Positions 47,942 to 57,186 of a DNA stretch of 61,190 nt are shown here, in pieces. Numbering within the stretch: the stretch's first letter is position 1; each line of letters begins with the position of its first letter. The DNA lies in the IMG/VR virus record IMGVR_UViG_3300009001_000002, positions 1 to 61,190 of that record. One strand, written 5' to 3'. The DNA comes from a virus (lineage: Duplodnaviria; Caudoviricetes). The notes beneath the pieces were generated by a model, which was not told where the DNA came from, did not search any database, and worked only from the letters and a program-made list of their open reading frames with translations. Made by a program: the position numbers and the translations under genes.

Positions 47942-48350
47942 AGAACGTATTATTAAGCACGAAGGCAAGATTAATAAAATATATAAAGATTCTCTAGGTC
48001 TAAAAACTTTCGGTGTAGGACATTTAGTGTTGAATGAAGATGAACTAGAAGAAGGTATCGAATACTCAGATGAAGTTGTCATGCGATATTTTGAAAAAGA
48101 TTTTGAAATAGCAGTCGGAGATGCTAATAAATTTATAGATAAAGACGAACACCCAGAAGATATTTATGGTGTAATTATCGAAATGTGTTTTCAACTTGGC
48201 TATCCTCGTCTTTGTGGCTTTAAAAAGTTTAAGGCCGCTTTAGAAGATAAAGATTATACTACAGCGGCAGATGAGATGTTAGACAGTCGATGGGCGAAAC
48301 AAACACCTAATCGTGCAAACGGACTAGCTGACATAGTGAGGGAAGCATAA
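47928..48350 (+). CDS. Endolysin, GH24/T4-lysozyme-like
   Basis: HEG....YKDSLG..T.GVGHL (E-x8-D-x5-T), M.FQLG, EMLDSRWAKQTPNRA. Confidence 0.9.
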   Translation: METIKERIIKHEGKINKIYKDSLGLKTFGVGHLVLNEDELEEGIEYSDEVVMRYFEKDFEIAVGDANKFIDKDEHPEDIYGVIIEMCFQLGYPRLCGFKKFKAALEDKDYTTAADEMLDSRWAKQTPNRANGLADIVREA

Positions 48351-48736
48351 TGCTTTGGGGACTATTAGGAACTGTAGCAAAGGGGGCTGTTGATGTTATT
48401 AAAACTCGAACTGAAACTAAAAAGCTTATGGCGGAAGCTGAGCAAACACATATTCGTAAAATGGCTCAAGGCGAAATTGATTTTGCTATTGCCAGTCAAA
48501 AGAACATGCAAAACTCGTGGCGAGATGAATGGTTCACGGTCATCCTTTCACTCCCTTTATTAATAGTCTTTGGTGCTATTTTCTTTGGAAAACCTGAATG
48601 GATTCATAAGTTAAAAGAAGGATTTGATACTTTAAATCAATTACCCGACTGGTATATATGGGCGTTAATGGCCGCTATTGCTAGTTCATTTGGATTAAAA
48701 GTAACTGATCTTGCAGTTAAAAAATTTAAGAAGTAA
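48350..48736 (+). CDS. Holin-like membrane protein
   Basis: Follows the lysozyme; SWRDEW and two TM segments. Confidence 0.6.
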   Translation: MLWGLLGTVAKGAVDVIKTRTETKKLMAEAEQTHIRKMAQGEIDFAIASQKNMQNSWRDEWFTVILSLPLLIVFGAIFFGKPEWIHKLKEGFDTLNQLPDWYIWALMAAIASSFGLKVTDLAVKKFKK

Positions 48737-49146
48737 TGAAGATATCTGACGATACTGCATTATCGATGCCTATCAGAAATTTGTTAGGAATTATAGCTGC
48801 AGTGGCAGTAGGAGTTTATGCTTACTTTGGAATTATGGAAACATTAAATCAACATTCTACTAGATTAGAACTTATGGAAAAAGACTTAGAACTTAATACA
48901 GATTTTAGAATTAAGTGGCCTAGAGGTTTAATGGGAAATTTACCTGCCGATGATGAACAGTTCATGTTATTAGAATTCTTAGCAGGTCAAGTAGAAAAAC
49001 ATCAAGCTATTTTAGATGAAAATTTACACTCTAAAGTAATGATTGAACATCTAGAAGATATGGTTAATCAGTTAGAAAAAGACGTAGAAAAATTAAAAGA
49101 TGCGACTAGAGATATTAAATTTGCAAACGGAAATGGGGCACACTAA
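48736..49146 (+). CDS. Membrane-anchored coiled-coil protein
   Basis: N-terminal TM, then FRIKWPRG..G.LPAD.EQFML. Confidence 0.55.
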   Translation: MKISDDTALSMPIRNLLGIIAAVAVGVYAYFGIMETLNQHSTRLELMEKDLELNTDFRIKWPRGLMGNLPADDEQFMLLEFLAGQVEKHQAILDENLHSKVMIEHLEDMVNQLEKDVEKLKDATRDIKFANGNGAH

Positions 49147-49370
49147 TGATTAAAACAGTATTAGCTTTATGTCTATTTTCTAATGGTATTTTAATTGAAC
49201 ATACTATTCAAGATTCTGTTAGCGAATGTTTAAAATCTAAAAGAATTATGGAAAGAAATATGCAAGGAGCACAGATTGTCTGTGGACAAGTAGAAGCTGA
49301 AATTGATATTAAAATTATTAACGGAAAAGAATATGAATTCATTAAAAGTATAGCCAAATCAAAAAGTTAA
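49146..49370 (+). CDS. Hypothetical protein
   Basis: CL..KR...R....C pattern; coupled. Confidence 0.5.
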   Translation: MIKTVLALCLFSNGILIEHTIQDSVSECLKSKRIMERNMQGAQIVCGQVEAEIDIKIINGKEYEFIKSIAKSKS

Positions 49371-49385
49371 TGGTAAAATAATGTT

Positions 49386-49610
49386 ATGAATCTAGATCTC
49401 AAAACAGTAACTCCTTATATAGTTATGATAGTAGGATTTGCTGCCTCTTGGGGAATGTGGAAATCTAGATTAGAAGCTGTAGAAACGAAAGTAGATACTA
49501 TAACTCAAATGCAGTTAGATATAGCTGTTATAAAAGAAAGAATGATTCAATTAGATAATAGAACTCAATTCATAGAAGAGTACTTAATTAAGCTTTACGA
49601 TGGCGAATAA
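49386..49610 (+). CDS. Small membrane coiled-coil protein
   Basis: One TM and a coiled coil. Confidence 0.5.
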   Translation: MNLDLKTVTPYIVMIVGFAASWGMWKSRLEAVETKVDTITQMQLDIAVIKERMIQLDNRTQFIEEYLIKLYDGE

Positions 49611-50337
49611 ACCAGTATCGTCAATAACTAGAATAGGTCAAACGGAACCTTTTGAACTACAAGTATCAAGAGATCAAATCGCATATCATGAAGTAAGAAA
49701 TATATTTGGTTGGCAATCATCCGTTTCAACTACTTTTATTCCTTTATGGGAAAATGCTACTGCTTATACGTATCCTACATCAGCTTTACAAATGACTGTT
49801 ACTTCAGCGTCAGCTTCAGATGACGGTGGAACTATTTTAATTAAAGGATTAGATATTAACTATGAAGAAATTACAGAAGTAGTTACTTGTAATAATGCTA
49901 CTCCACCGACAACTACGAAAGGATTTTTTAGAATTAATGATGTTATTTTTACTAATTCTTCAGGTGCGAATGTAGGAATTATTACTATCGCAAACGGCGG
50001 AACTACTTATGCTAAAATACTCGCAGGAGTAGGAAGAAATCAAGCAAGTATTTTTACCGTGCCCGCAGGAAAATGTTTTTTCTTATATCGTATTGATGCG
50101 TTTTCAAATGATAGTACTGCCGCTAAACCTGGTTTATTTAGAAACTATGTTCAATATGATACCGGTGCTATTTATACTGTAGCAAGAACTACTTTTACAG
50201 GGAACATGAACATCCAAAGAAGATTACCTTTTAAGTATAATGAAAAGACAGATATACAATTTCAGTTACAAACTAATTCGGGTTCTCACGAAATGAACGT
50301 GTTCGGAGAAGGTATTCTTCTTAGAGATACTGTCTAA
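49600..50337 (+). CDS. Conserved beta-rich hypothetical (possibly virion) protein
   Basis: FELQVSR.QI..H...FG...GLD.NY...RIN...TVPAG...EKTDI. Confidence 0.6.
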   Translation: MANKPVSSITRIGQTEPFELQVSRDQIAYHEVRNIFGWQSSVSTTFIPLWENATAYTYPTSALQMTVTSASASDDGGTILIKGLDINYEEITEVVTCNNATPPTTTKGFFRINDVIFTNSSGANVGIITIANGGTTYAKILAGVGRNQASIFTVPAGKCFFLYRIDAFSNDSTAAKPGLFRNYVQYDTGAIYTVARTTFTGNMNIQRRLPFKYNEKTDIQFQLQTNSGSHEMNVFGEGILLRDTV

Positions 50338-51809
50338 ATCCACTCTTTCCAATTATCACCTGTAATACTATCTGCTAAAGATTTTTTATTTCTTAATGCT
50401 TCAAATATTTTTTCATCAATAGTCTTAGGAGTTACAAAATCAATATAAGTAACTTTATTAGTTTGACCAATTCTATGAGGTCTATCTTCCGATTGTAGTC
50501 GTACTTCTAAATCGTAGCTATTCGCATAGTAAATAACAGTAGTGGCGTTAGTTAAAGTTAATCCATAACCACCCGTTCTAGGTTGCCCTATGAAATAATC
50601 TATTTTACCAGCTTGGAATTCGGTTACTATTTCCTGTCTATTTTCCGATTTTGTATCACCATAATAAGTGGCGCAAGTTTTATTAGGTAGATGTTTCTTA
50701 ATAGCGTTTTCTATATCGTGAATAGATCTAGTATAGTTAGACCAAATAATAGCTTGGCCTTCCGTTTCTTCGAGTACTTGTAATAGTTCCGTTATTCGAG
50801 GATTGACTTTATCTATTTCTTCTTCTCTTCCGTCATCATACTTTACGAAGCCACACATGATTTGTTGTAATCTTAGTAATCGTGTAATAACTAAAGGAGC
50901 GGTTACAGACTTTTCTTCCGATAACTCAATATATGCTTTACGTTTTAATATATCATACACTTTCTTCTGTTTCGGAGTCATTTCGATTTCTCTTTTCGTG
51001 TAAACTTTATCTGGTAAATCTAAACATTCAGCTTTCGTTACACGATAAGAATAAGGTTTTAAGATATCTTGTAATTCATCTAAGTTCTGATAATCTACGA
51101 TTTCATCAAAAGTTCTCATATTAATAGTTCGCCTACGTAAGACACAGTAACGATTACGAAAACCATAAAAAGAAGATTGTAAAATATTATCAGAAAGAAA
51201 AGACATCTGAGTATAGATATCTATGGGCCCTGCCGTTACAGGTGTTCCTGTTAATATTCTACGATACTTTGCCATATTCGCTATCTTTAATAAATTCTTC
51301 GTTCTTCGAGCAGTCTTATGCTTTATTGTTGATGATTCATCAATCACGACCATAGACTTATGAACATTTAAAAATCGTTGCGTATAGTGAAGTCCCTTTA
51401 ATGTACTAAAAGCTTCTATATTAATAATAAAAACTTTAAGACCGTTATGATTCACTTTTATAAAATCAGTTAGTCTTTCTATATTCTTTTTCGTTTCCGT
51501 AGGATTCCATAGTTCCATGTAGATAGAATCAAGGACATCATCGGGCATGTGAATTGGTATTTCTTGCTTTAGCCAGTTACGATAAACACCTTTCGGTGCT
51601 ACAATAATCGCACTATCGATACTGCCTTTTCTTGCAAGATGAGTTATTGTGTCTACAATAACTTTAGATTTACCAGTACCTTGTTCCATAAACAAGGCGT
51701 AGTATTCCTCATCACGAGAAGTTTTAAAGACGTCCCATTGATGTTTAAATGGTTTCGTCTTATATTTATAATCTATAAATTCATCGTCACTAAAAGATAC
51801 TTGCGTCAT
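50334..51809 (-). CDS. SNF2-family (SF2) helicase
   Basis: MEQGTGKS, IDESS, LTGTP, GGYGLTL, QSEDRPHRIGQ. Confidence 0.92.
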   Translation of the reverse strand: MTQVSFSDDEFIDYKYKTKPFKHQWDVFKTSRDEEYYALFMEQGTGKSKVIVDTITHLARKGSIDSAIIVAPKGVYRNWLKQEIPIHMPDDVLDSIYMELWNPTETKKNIERLTDFIKVNHNGLKVFIINIEAFSTLKGLHYTQRFLNVHKSMVVIDESSTIKHKTARRTKNLLKIANMAKYRRILTGTPVTAGPIDIYTQMSFLSDNILQSSFYGFRNRYCVLRRRTINMRTFDEIVDYQNLDELQDILKPYSYRVTKAECLDLPDKVYTKREIEMTPKQKKVYDILKRKAYIELSEEKSVTAPLVITRLLRLQQIMCGFVKYDDGREEEIDKVNPRITELLQVLEETEGQAIIWSNYTRSIHDIENAIKKHLPNKTCATYYGDTKSENRQEIVTEFQAGKIDYFIGQPRTGGYGLTLTNATTVIYYANSYDLEVRLQSEDRPHRIGQTNKVTYIDFVTPKTIDEKIFEALRNKKSLADSITGDNWKEWI

Positions 51810-51879
51810 TATATTATTCTTTCTGTATACTTTATAAAATTAATTTATATTATATCGTAAAAATAAGAAAGGAGAAACA

Positions 51880-52218
51880 ATGAGTTCTAAAGTATTTATC
51901 GTACAAGAGAATCCATCGGTGAACGTTATGCCTGCCGCTAGATTCGGTGAACTAGATGTTATCTTTCCTTTCGGAAGTCAAATTGTATTTTCATCTAATC
52001 GAGCAGTAACTGCTGTACGGAAAAAGTTAAAAGACTTTACCGATGATGACTATATTTTAGCTATGGGAGATCCCGCTGCAATCGCCATAACGGCCATGGT
52101 GGCCGGTGAAATTAATAATGGCTATATGAAATTACTGAAATGGGATAAGCAAACGAAAGCTTACTATTCAGTATCAATTGACTTATTCGGAAGAAAGGAG
52201 AAAGACAATGTCAACTGA
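51880..52218 (+). CDS. Conserved phage replication-module protein
   Basis: A..FGE...L.DF..DDY.L..GDP...LLKWD; strong RBS, divergent from the helicase. Confidence 0.65.
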   Translation: MSSKVFIVQENPSVNVMPAARFGELDVIFPFGSQIVFSSNRAVTAVRKKLKDFTDDDYILAMGDPAAIAITAMVAGEINNGYMKLLKWDKQTKAYYSVSIDLFGRKEKDNVN

Positions 52219-52789
52219 GATATTTAGTAGTCTTGAAGAAGATGCTAAACAACAACGTGAGATACCGACAGATGAAAAGCTAGGAAAACTAAATTTAGTT
52301 TGTCGTAAACTCGTAGAAAAAGAACGTCAGTATGCTGAGTATAAAACTTTAGCTAGTCAAACGTATGACGAAATTAAAGATGTTAAAGAAAAAGAAATAC
52401 CAGATGTAATGGCGTCTTTAAATATTAGTAAATTCGTTATGGATGATGGCACGGAAATTGCTATTAAAGATGAATTATATGCTAGTATTAAAAAAGAAAA
52501 GGAAAAAGAAGCTTTAGGCTGGCTTGATAGTCAAGGTTTAGGAGATATCATTAAACATGATATAACTTTATCCTTTGCTCGTGGTGAGCATGAAGAAGCT
52601 GAAAAGCTAAAAGAAGTATTGAAAGAGAATGGTCAAAATAACTATGACGAAAAAGCTTCAGTACATCCACAAACTTTAAAAGCTACTTTTAAAGATCTTC
52701 GAAATAAGGGTGAAGATATACCAGAAGATTTATTTAATTGGTATGAAACACCTTTAGCGAAAGTAAAATTATCGAAAGGAGAAAAATAA
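52178..52789 (+). CDS. Conserved replication-module protein (true start probably 52208)
   Basis: AAGGAG RBS before MSTE; WL...G.GDIIK...VHPQTLKA. Confidence 0.65.
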   Translation: MTYSEERRKTMSTEIFSSLEEDAKQQREIPTDEKLGKLNLVCRKLVEKERQYAEYKTLASQTYDEIKDVKEKEIPDVMASLNISKFVMDDGTEIAIKDELYASIKKEKEKEALGWLDSQGLGDIIKHDITLSFARGEHEEAEKLKEVLKENGQNNYDEKASVHPQTLKATFKDLRNKGEDIPEDLFNWYETPLAKVKLSKGEK

Positions 52790-52793
52790 CGAT

Positions 52794-53555
52794 ATGTCAG
52801 AAGAAAAACAAGTTGCTAAAAAAGAAGCAACTAACGTAGTACTAGCTGAATTAGCAGATCAAATTATCGCTGATGCTGGTAAAGGACTTCAGAATGTAAA
52901 AACTGAAGATATGAGTATTCCAAGATTGGCGATTGTTCAATCAGGAAGCCCTCAAAGGAAGAAGAAAGACGACAAATATATAGAAGGTGCTGAAGAAGGA
53001 CACGTCTTTAATACAGTAACAGGTACTTTATATAAAGGGTCGATTAAAGTTGTTCCTTGTGAGTTTATGAAATCCTATGTAGAATGGGTTCCTCGTGAGA
53101 AAGGTGGTGGTTTAGTTCAAACACATGAATCTCGACCTTCCGATCTAACGAAGAATGAGAACGGTCGCTTTGTACTTCCTAATGGAAATGAAGTTGCTGA
53201 TACAGCAGACCATTACGTTATGGTCGTTAATGAAGATGGTTCCTACGAACCTGCTGTAATGTCGATGACAGGGTCTCTTTTATCCGTTTCTAGAAACTGG
53301 TTGACTAGAATGAAACTACAAAAAGAAGTAGTGAATGGTAAAATGATCGAACCTCCGACATTTTATTACGCATGGGAAATCTCTACAAGAGAGAAAGATA
53401 ATGATAAGGGTTCATGGTTCGTTTACAATGTAGGAGATCCATCACCTATCACTAACGCAGATTTATATAAAGATGCGAAAGCTTTATCGGAATCTATTAA
53501 AAGAGGTGAGAAAAAAGCTGCAGCAGTAGAAGATGGCGATGACATTCCATTCTAA
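52794..53555 (+). CDS. Single-stranded DNA-binding protein (putative)
   Basis: IPRL.I.Q..SP, YVEW.PR..GGG, acidic DGDDIPF tail. Confidence 0.7.
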   Translation: MSEEKQVAKKEATNVVLAELADQIIADAGKGLQNVKTEDMSIPRLAIVQSGSPQRKKKDDKYIEGAEEGHVFNTVTGTLYKGSIKVVPCEFMKSYVEWVPREKGGGLVQTHESRPSDLTKNENGRFVLPNGNEVADTADHYVMVVNEDGSYEPAVMSMTGSLLSVSRNWLTRMKLQKEVVNGKMIEPPTFYYAWEISTREKDNDKGSWFVYNVGDPSPITNADLYKDAKALSESIKRGEKKAAAVEDGDDIPF

Positions 53556-55069
53556 TGCTAGCAGAAAATTTTTATAATTTATTTAGTGGTTTAGACCGTG
53601 CTTACGGCAGATATGATTTAGATACAGATCAATCTGGCGTAAAGCGGTCTGGTACAGCAAGAACAATAGCTGAAAAGCTAACGTTACAGCAATGGGAATT
53701 ACACCTTGAAGGAAAGCAAGGCCTTGGTGTAGTTCCTATTCGTGATGATGCAAAAGTTTTATGGGGAGCGATTGATATTGATGAATACGATTTAGACGTA
53801 GATACACTATCAAAGAGTCTAGGAACATCCCCTTTTATACCTTGTTTAACTAAATCTGGTGGAATACATCTTTATGTTTTCTTTAAGAAAGCAACATCAG
53901 CGAAACTAGTAGTTAATAAGCTTAGAGAAATTACATCAGCATTAGGAAAACCTAGCGCAGAGATATTTCCTAAACAAATAAAACTAGTTACTGATCGAGG
54001 AGATGTAGGAAACTGGATCAATATGCCATACTTTGGTGGTAAAAGAACGACACGATATGCGATCTATAACGGAGAACATATTACTAATCCTGAAGATTTT
54101 CTTAAATTAGCTGACATTCGAAAGATAGATAGTATTGATGAAATAAAAATTCCACAACTTAAAGAGCAAGATAAGAAATTATTACCAGATGGTCCACCTT
54201 GTTTAAAGTATTTACTTCAACACGGAATACCAGAAGGAACTAGAAACAATTCATTATATAATATCGGAGTGTATCTAAAGAAAGCACACCCTGACGAATG
54301 GGAAGAAAAGATTGAAGAGTACAATCATAAGTATATTGAACCTCCGTTAAAATCTAAAGAAGTACAGACAATTATTAAATCTTTAGAAAAGAAAGAATAC
54401 AATTATATGTGTTCCGAACAACCCATTAATGCTTTCTGTAATAAACCAGTTTGTTTAACTTGTAAGTTCGGTATAAGCGATCATGGAAATCTACCTGCGA
54501 TTAGTGGAATTACTAAGATTAATACTGATCCACCTACTTATTTCGTTACAGTAAACGATCAGAGAATTGGCCCTATTGATAGCTTAGAGATTATCAACCA
54601 GAAGAACTTTCAAAGGGTTGTATTCGAGAATATGAATACTTTAATGCCTATTGTAGCGCAACCATTATGGCTTGAAACTATTAATGAATTAATGGAAAAA
54701 ATGGAGATTGTAGAGGTAAATTCTGATAGTTCTAATAGAGGAAGATTACTAGAATTATGCGAAAGGTTTTGTACAGGGAGCACTTCTTCTGATATAATCG
54801 AAGATCTATTACGAGGTCATGCGGTAACGCAAGATAACGTAACGATGTTTAGGATTAACGATTTTATGGAATTCCTAGAAAAACATAGATTCAAGGAATT
54901 CAAGTTACACGAAGTAACTGCTCATTTAAAAGAGTTTGGTGCTGAACACATGACTAAAAAGATTAAAGGAAAACACGTTAATCTCTGGTCAATGGCTAAG
55001 TTTGAACGACAGGAAGAGGAGTTTACGAAGCCTGAAATAAAAAATGAAGAAGAGGAAATATCTTTTTAA
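53555..55069 (+). CDS. AEP-type primase with PriCT domain
   Basis: WGAIDID, TKSGGIHLY, EIFPKQ, GNWINMPY, PPC...EGTRNN. Confidence 0.8.
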   Translation: MLAENFYNLFSGLDRAYGRYDLDTDQSGVKRSGTARTIAEKLTLQQWELHLEGKQGLGVVPIRDDAKVLWGAIDIDEYDLDVDTLSKSLGTSPFIPCLTKSGGIHLYVFFKKATSAKLVVNKLREITSALGKPSAEIFPKQIKLVTDRGDVGNWINMPYFGGKRTTRYAIYNGEHITNPEDFLKLADIRKIDSIDEIKIPQLKEQDKKLLPDGPPCLKYLLQHGIPEGTRNNSLYNIGVYLKKAHPDEWEEKIEEYNHKYIEPPLKSKEVQTIIKSLEKKEYNYMCSEQPINAFCNKPVCLTCKFGISDHGNLPAISGITKINTDPPTYFVTVNDQRIGPIDSLEIINQKNFQRVVFENMNTLMPIVAQPLWLETINELMEKMEIVEVNSDSSNRGRLLELCERFCTGSTSSDIIEDLLRGHAVTQDNVTMFRINDFMEFLEKHRFKEFKLHEVTAHLKEFGAEHMTKKIKGKHVNLWSMAKFERQEEEFTKPEIKNEEEEISF

Positions 55070-55215
55070 TGGAAAAGTGTAATAAATGCGGTTGCGATTG
55101 TCATAAAGATACGACTTGTATGTGTGAATGTGCTGGTTGTGATTGTAATAATTGTCAACCAAAACAAGATGCTACTGTTAATGTTACAGGAGTATCGTTA
55201 AACGTTAAACAATGA
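55069..55215 (+). CDS. Unannotated 48-aa metallothionein-like peptide
   Basis: MEKCNKCGCDCHKDTTCMCECAGCDCNNCQPKQDATVNVTGVSLNVKQ; 10 Cys in 26 residues; TAATG and ATGA coupling. Confidence 0.65.
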   Translation: MEKCNKCGCDCHKDTTCMCECAGCDCNNCQPKQDATVNVTGVSLNVKQ

Positions 55216-55343
55216 GAAGAGGCTTATGGGCTAATATCCATGCTAAACGAAAGCGTGGAGAAAAGATGAGAAAGAAGGGAGCGAAAGGTGCGCCTACTAA
55301 AAAAGCTTTTCAAAAGGCTAAAGCAACTTCTAAAAAGAAATAA
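55212..55343 (+). CDS. Unannotated 43-aa basic peptide
   Basis: MRRGLWANIHAKRKRGEKMRKKGAKGAPTKKAFQKAKATSKKK, a recurrent phage motif. Confidence 0.65.
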   Translation: MRRGLWANIHAKRKRGEKMRKKGAKGAPTKKAFQKAKATSKKK

Positions 55344-55348
55344 AGAAG

Positions 55349-55435
55349 ATGAACATTCTCGACATTGGGGAATCGGATCCTAATATCTGTCCCATTTGTC
55401 AATTAGATATTGATGAAGATTGCGAGTGTTTATAA
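55349..55435 (+). CDS. Unannotated 28-aa Cys/acidic peptide
   Basis: MNILDIGESDPNICPICQLDIDEDCECL. Confidence 0.4.
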   Translation: MNILDIGESDPNICPICQLDIDEDCECL

Positions 55436-55450
55436 AGGAAAGGACATGTT

Positions 55451-56233
55451 TTGTATTTATTTTTCGACACCGAAACAAACGGCTTGTGGCGCCGTGATCT
55501 AGAAGCTACTGATCCAAATCAACCACATTTAGTACAAATAGCTGCACAGTTAGTAGATGAAGATGAAAAAGTTGTTAACCAATATTCGATGCTCATTCGA
55601 CCAGAAGGTTGGAGTATTCCTAAAGATGCTGAAGATGTTCATGGCATCTCCAATGAGAAGGCATCTACTTATGGTGTACCTTTGGTTAGTGCCCTCTCTG
55701 TGTTTAATTCTATGGCAGCTTCAGCGCATACAATTGTCGCTCATAACTTAGCTTTTGACTTGCAAATAATTGCAAGAGATTTTCATTATTTAAAGAAACC
55801 TTTTCGACAACCAAAAGACTTGCATTGTACTATGATGAGTACGAAAGATATTCTAAAATTAGAAAGTGATTTTGATGATTATAAATTTCCTAAGTTAATT
55901 GAAACGTATGAACACTTTTTTAATGTAGGATATTTCGATTGGCACGATGCTTTAGCTGACGTTCAAGTATGTCGAATTATTTATTTTCATTTAAAGAATC
56001 AAGGAATTGAGTTAAAAGCACCACGACAGCTTCCTAAAAAGCTGTTAAAAGTAATGAATAATGACGATTATGAAGAATTAATCGGTTTAATTTCATCTAT
56101 AAATAGAGATAATATAAGCGATTGGGAGAGTAATTTTCTCAAAGATCAAGAAGAAAGAATAGAGAAATACAAAGAGAAAGTTATGATCTCCGATAAACAA
56201 ATGAACATTATAAGGAGAATGGCAGAAAAATGA
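55451..56233 (+). CDS. DEDDh 3'-5' exonuclease (DnaQ-like)
   Basis: FDTETNG, VHGIS, AHNLAFD, HDALADV. Confidence 0.88.
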   Translation: MYLFFDTETNGLWRRDLEATDPNQPHLVQIAAQLVDEDEKVVNQYSMLIRPEGWSIPKDAEDVHGISNEKASTYGVPLVSALSVFNSMAASAHTIVAHNLAFDLQIIARDFHYLKKPFRQPKDLHCTMMSTKDILKLESDFDDYKFPKLIETYEHFFNVGYFDWHDALADVQVCRIIYFHLKNQGIELKAPRQLPKKLLKVMNNDDYEELIGLISSINRDNISDWESNFLKDQEERIEKYKEKVMISDKQMNIIRRMAEK

Positions 56234-57186
56234 AACGCATCGTTGTAACCGGAGCAACAGGATTTCTAGGAAGAAATCTATGTGAGAAGTTATTAGAACA
56301 AGGACATCAAGTTATTGGTGTTGATAATCATTTAACAGGGAGTGAATCTAATATTTTAGATGAGGATAATTATAGTTTTTATGAAGCTGATATCGTTAAA
56401 GACGATCTATCAATGCTTCTTCGAGAACATAATAAAAAAGGAATACACTATATCTATAACTTAGCTTGTCCAGCATCGCCTGATCATTATAAAACTCATG
56501 CATTTCAAACTTTAGAAGTTTGCTTTAATGGAATGAAGAATATGATTCAGTATGCGTTAGAACAAGGAAATGTTCGTATGCTTCATACTTCTACAAGTGA
56601 AGTATATGGAGATCCTGAAGTAGATGATCAGAAAGAAACGTATTGGGGAAATGTAAATTCTTTTGGACCTCGTGCTTGTTATGATGAAGGTAAAAGAGTT
56701 GCGGAAGCTTTAATCTATGAATCAATAAATAAATTAAAATCGAATATAGGAATCGCAAGAATCTTTAATACTTACGGTCCTTATATGGCGATTAATGATG
56801 GTAGAGTAATATCGAATTTTATTACTCAAGGTTTACAGGGTAACCATCTTATCATATACGGCGGAGGTTTTCAATCTAGATCTTTTTGTTATGTTGATGA
56901 TACAATAGAAGGTTTAATTCGAATCTGTGAAAGTGATTATAAAGAAATATTTAACGTAGGAAATCCTGATCGTCATGCTATCGTAGAGATAGCAGAAGTA
57001 ATTGCTGAAAAGACTGACGCACCTGGTTGGAAGAACGATGCTCCTTCACCAGATGATCCTATGCATCGAAAGCCTAATATAGATAAGATTCAACACTATC
57101 TAGGTTGGACTCCTCAAGTAAAATTAAATCAAGGATTAGACGACACGATAGAATATTTTAAATATGCTCTCAAAAGACAAAACTAA
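56230..57186 (+). CDS. UDP-glucuronate decarboxylase (UDP-xylose synthase)-like SDR
   Basis: TGATGFLG, LACPASP.HY, TSTSEVYGDP, YWGNVN..GPRACYDEGKRVAE, RIFNTYGP, DGRVISNF, RSFCYVDD, DDP..R.P.I. Confidence 0.85.
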   Translation: MKRIVVTGATGFLGRNLCEKLLEQGHQVIGVDNHLTGSESNILDEDNYSFYEADIVKDDLSMLLREHNKKGIHYIYNLACPASPDHYKTHAFQTLEVCFNGMKNMIQYALEQGNVRMLHTSTSEVYGDPEVDDQKETYWGNVNSFGPRACYDEGKRVAEALIYESINKLKSNIGIARIFNTYGPYMAINDGRVISNFITQGLQGNHLIIYGGGFQSRSFCYVDDTIEGLIRICESDYKEIFNVGNPDRHAIVEIAEVIAEKTDAPGWKNDAPSPDDPMHRKPNIDKIQHYLGWTPQVKLNQGLDDTIEYFKYALKRQN

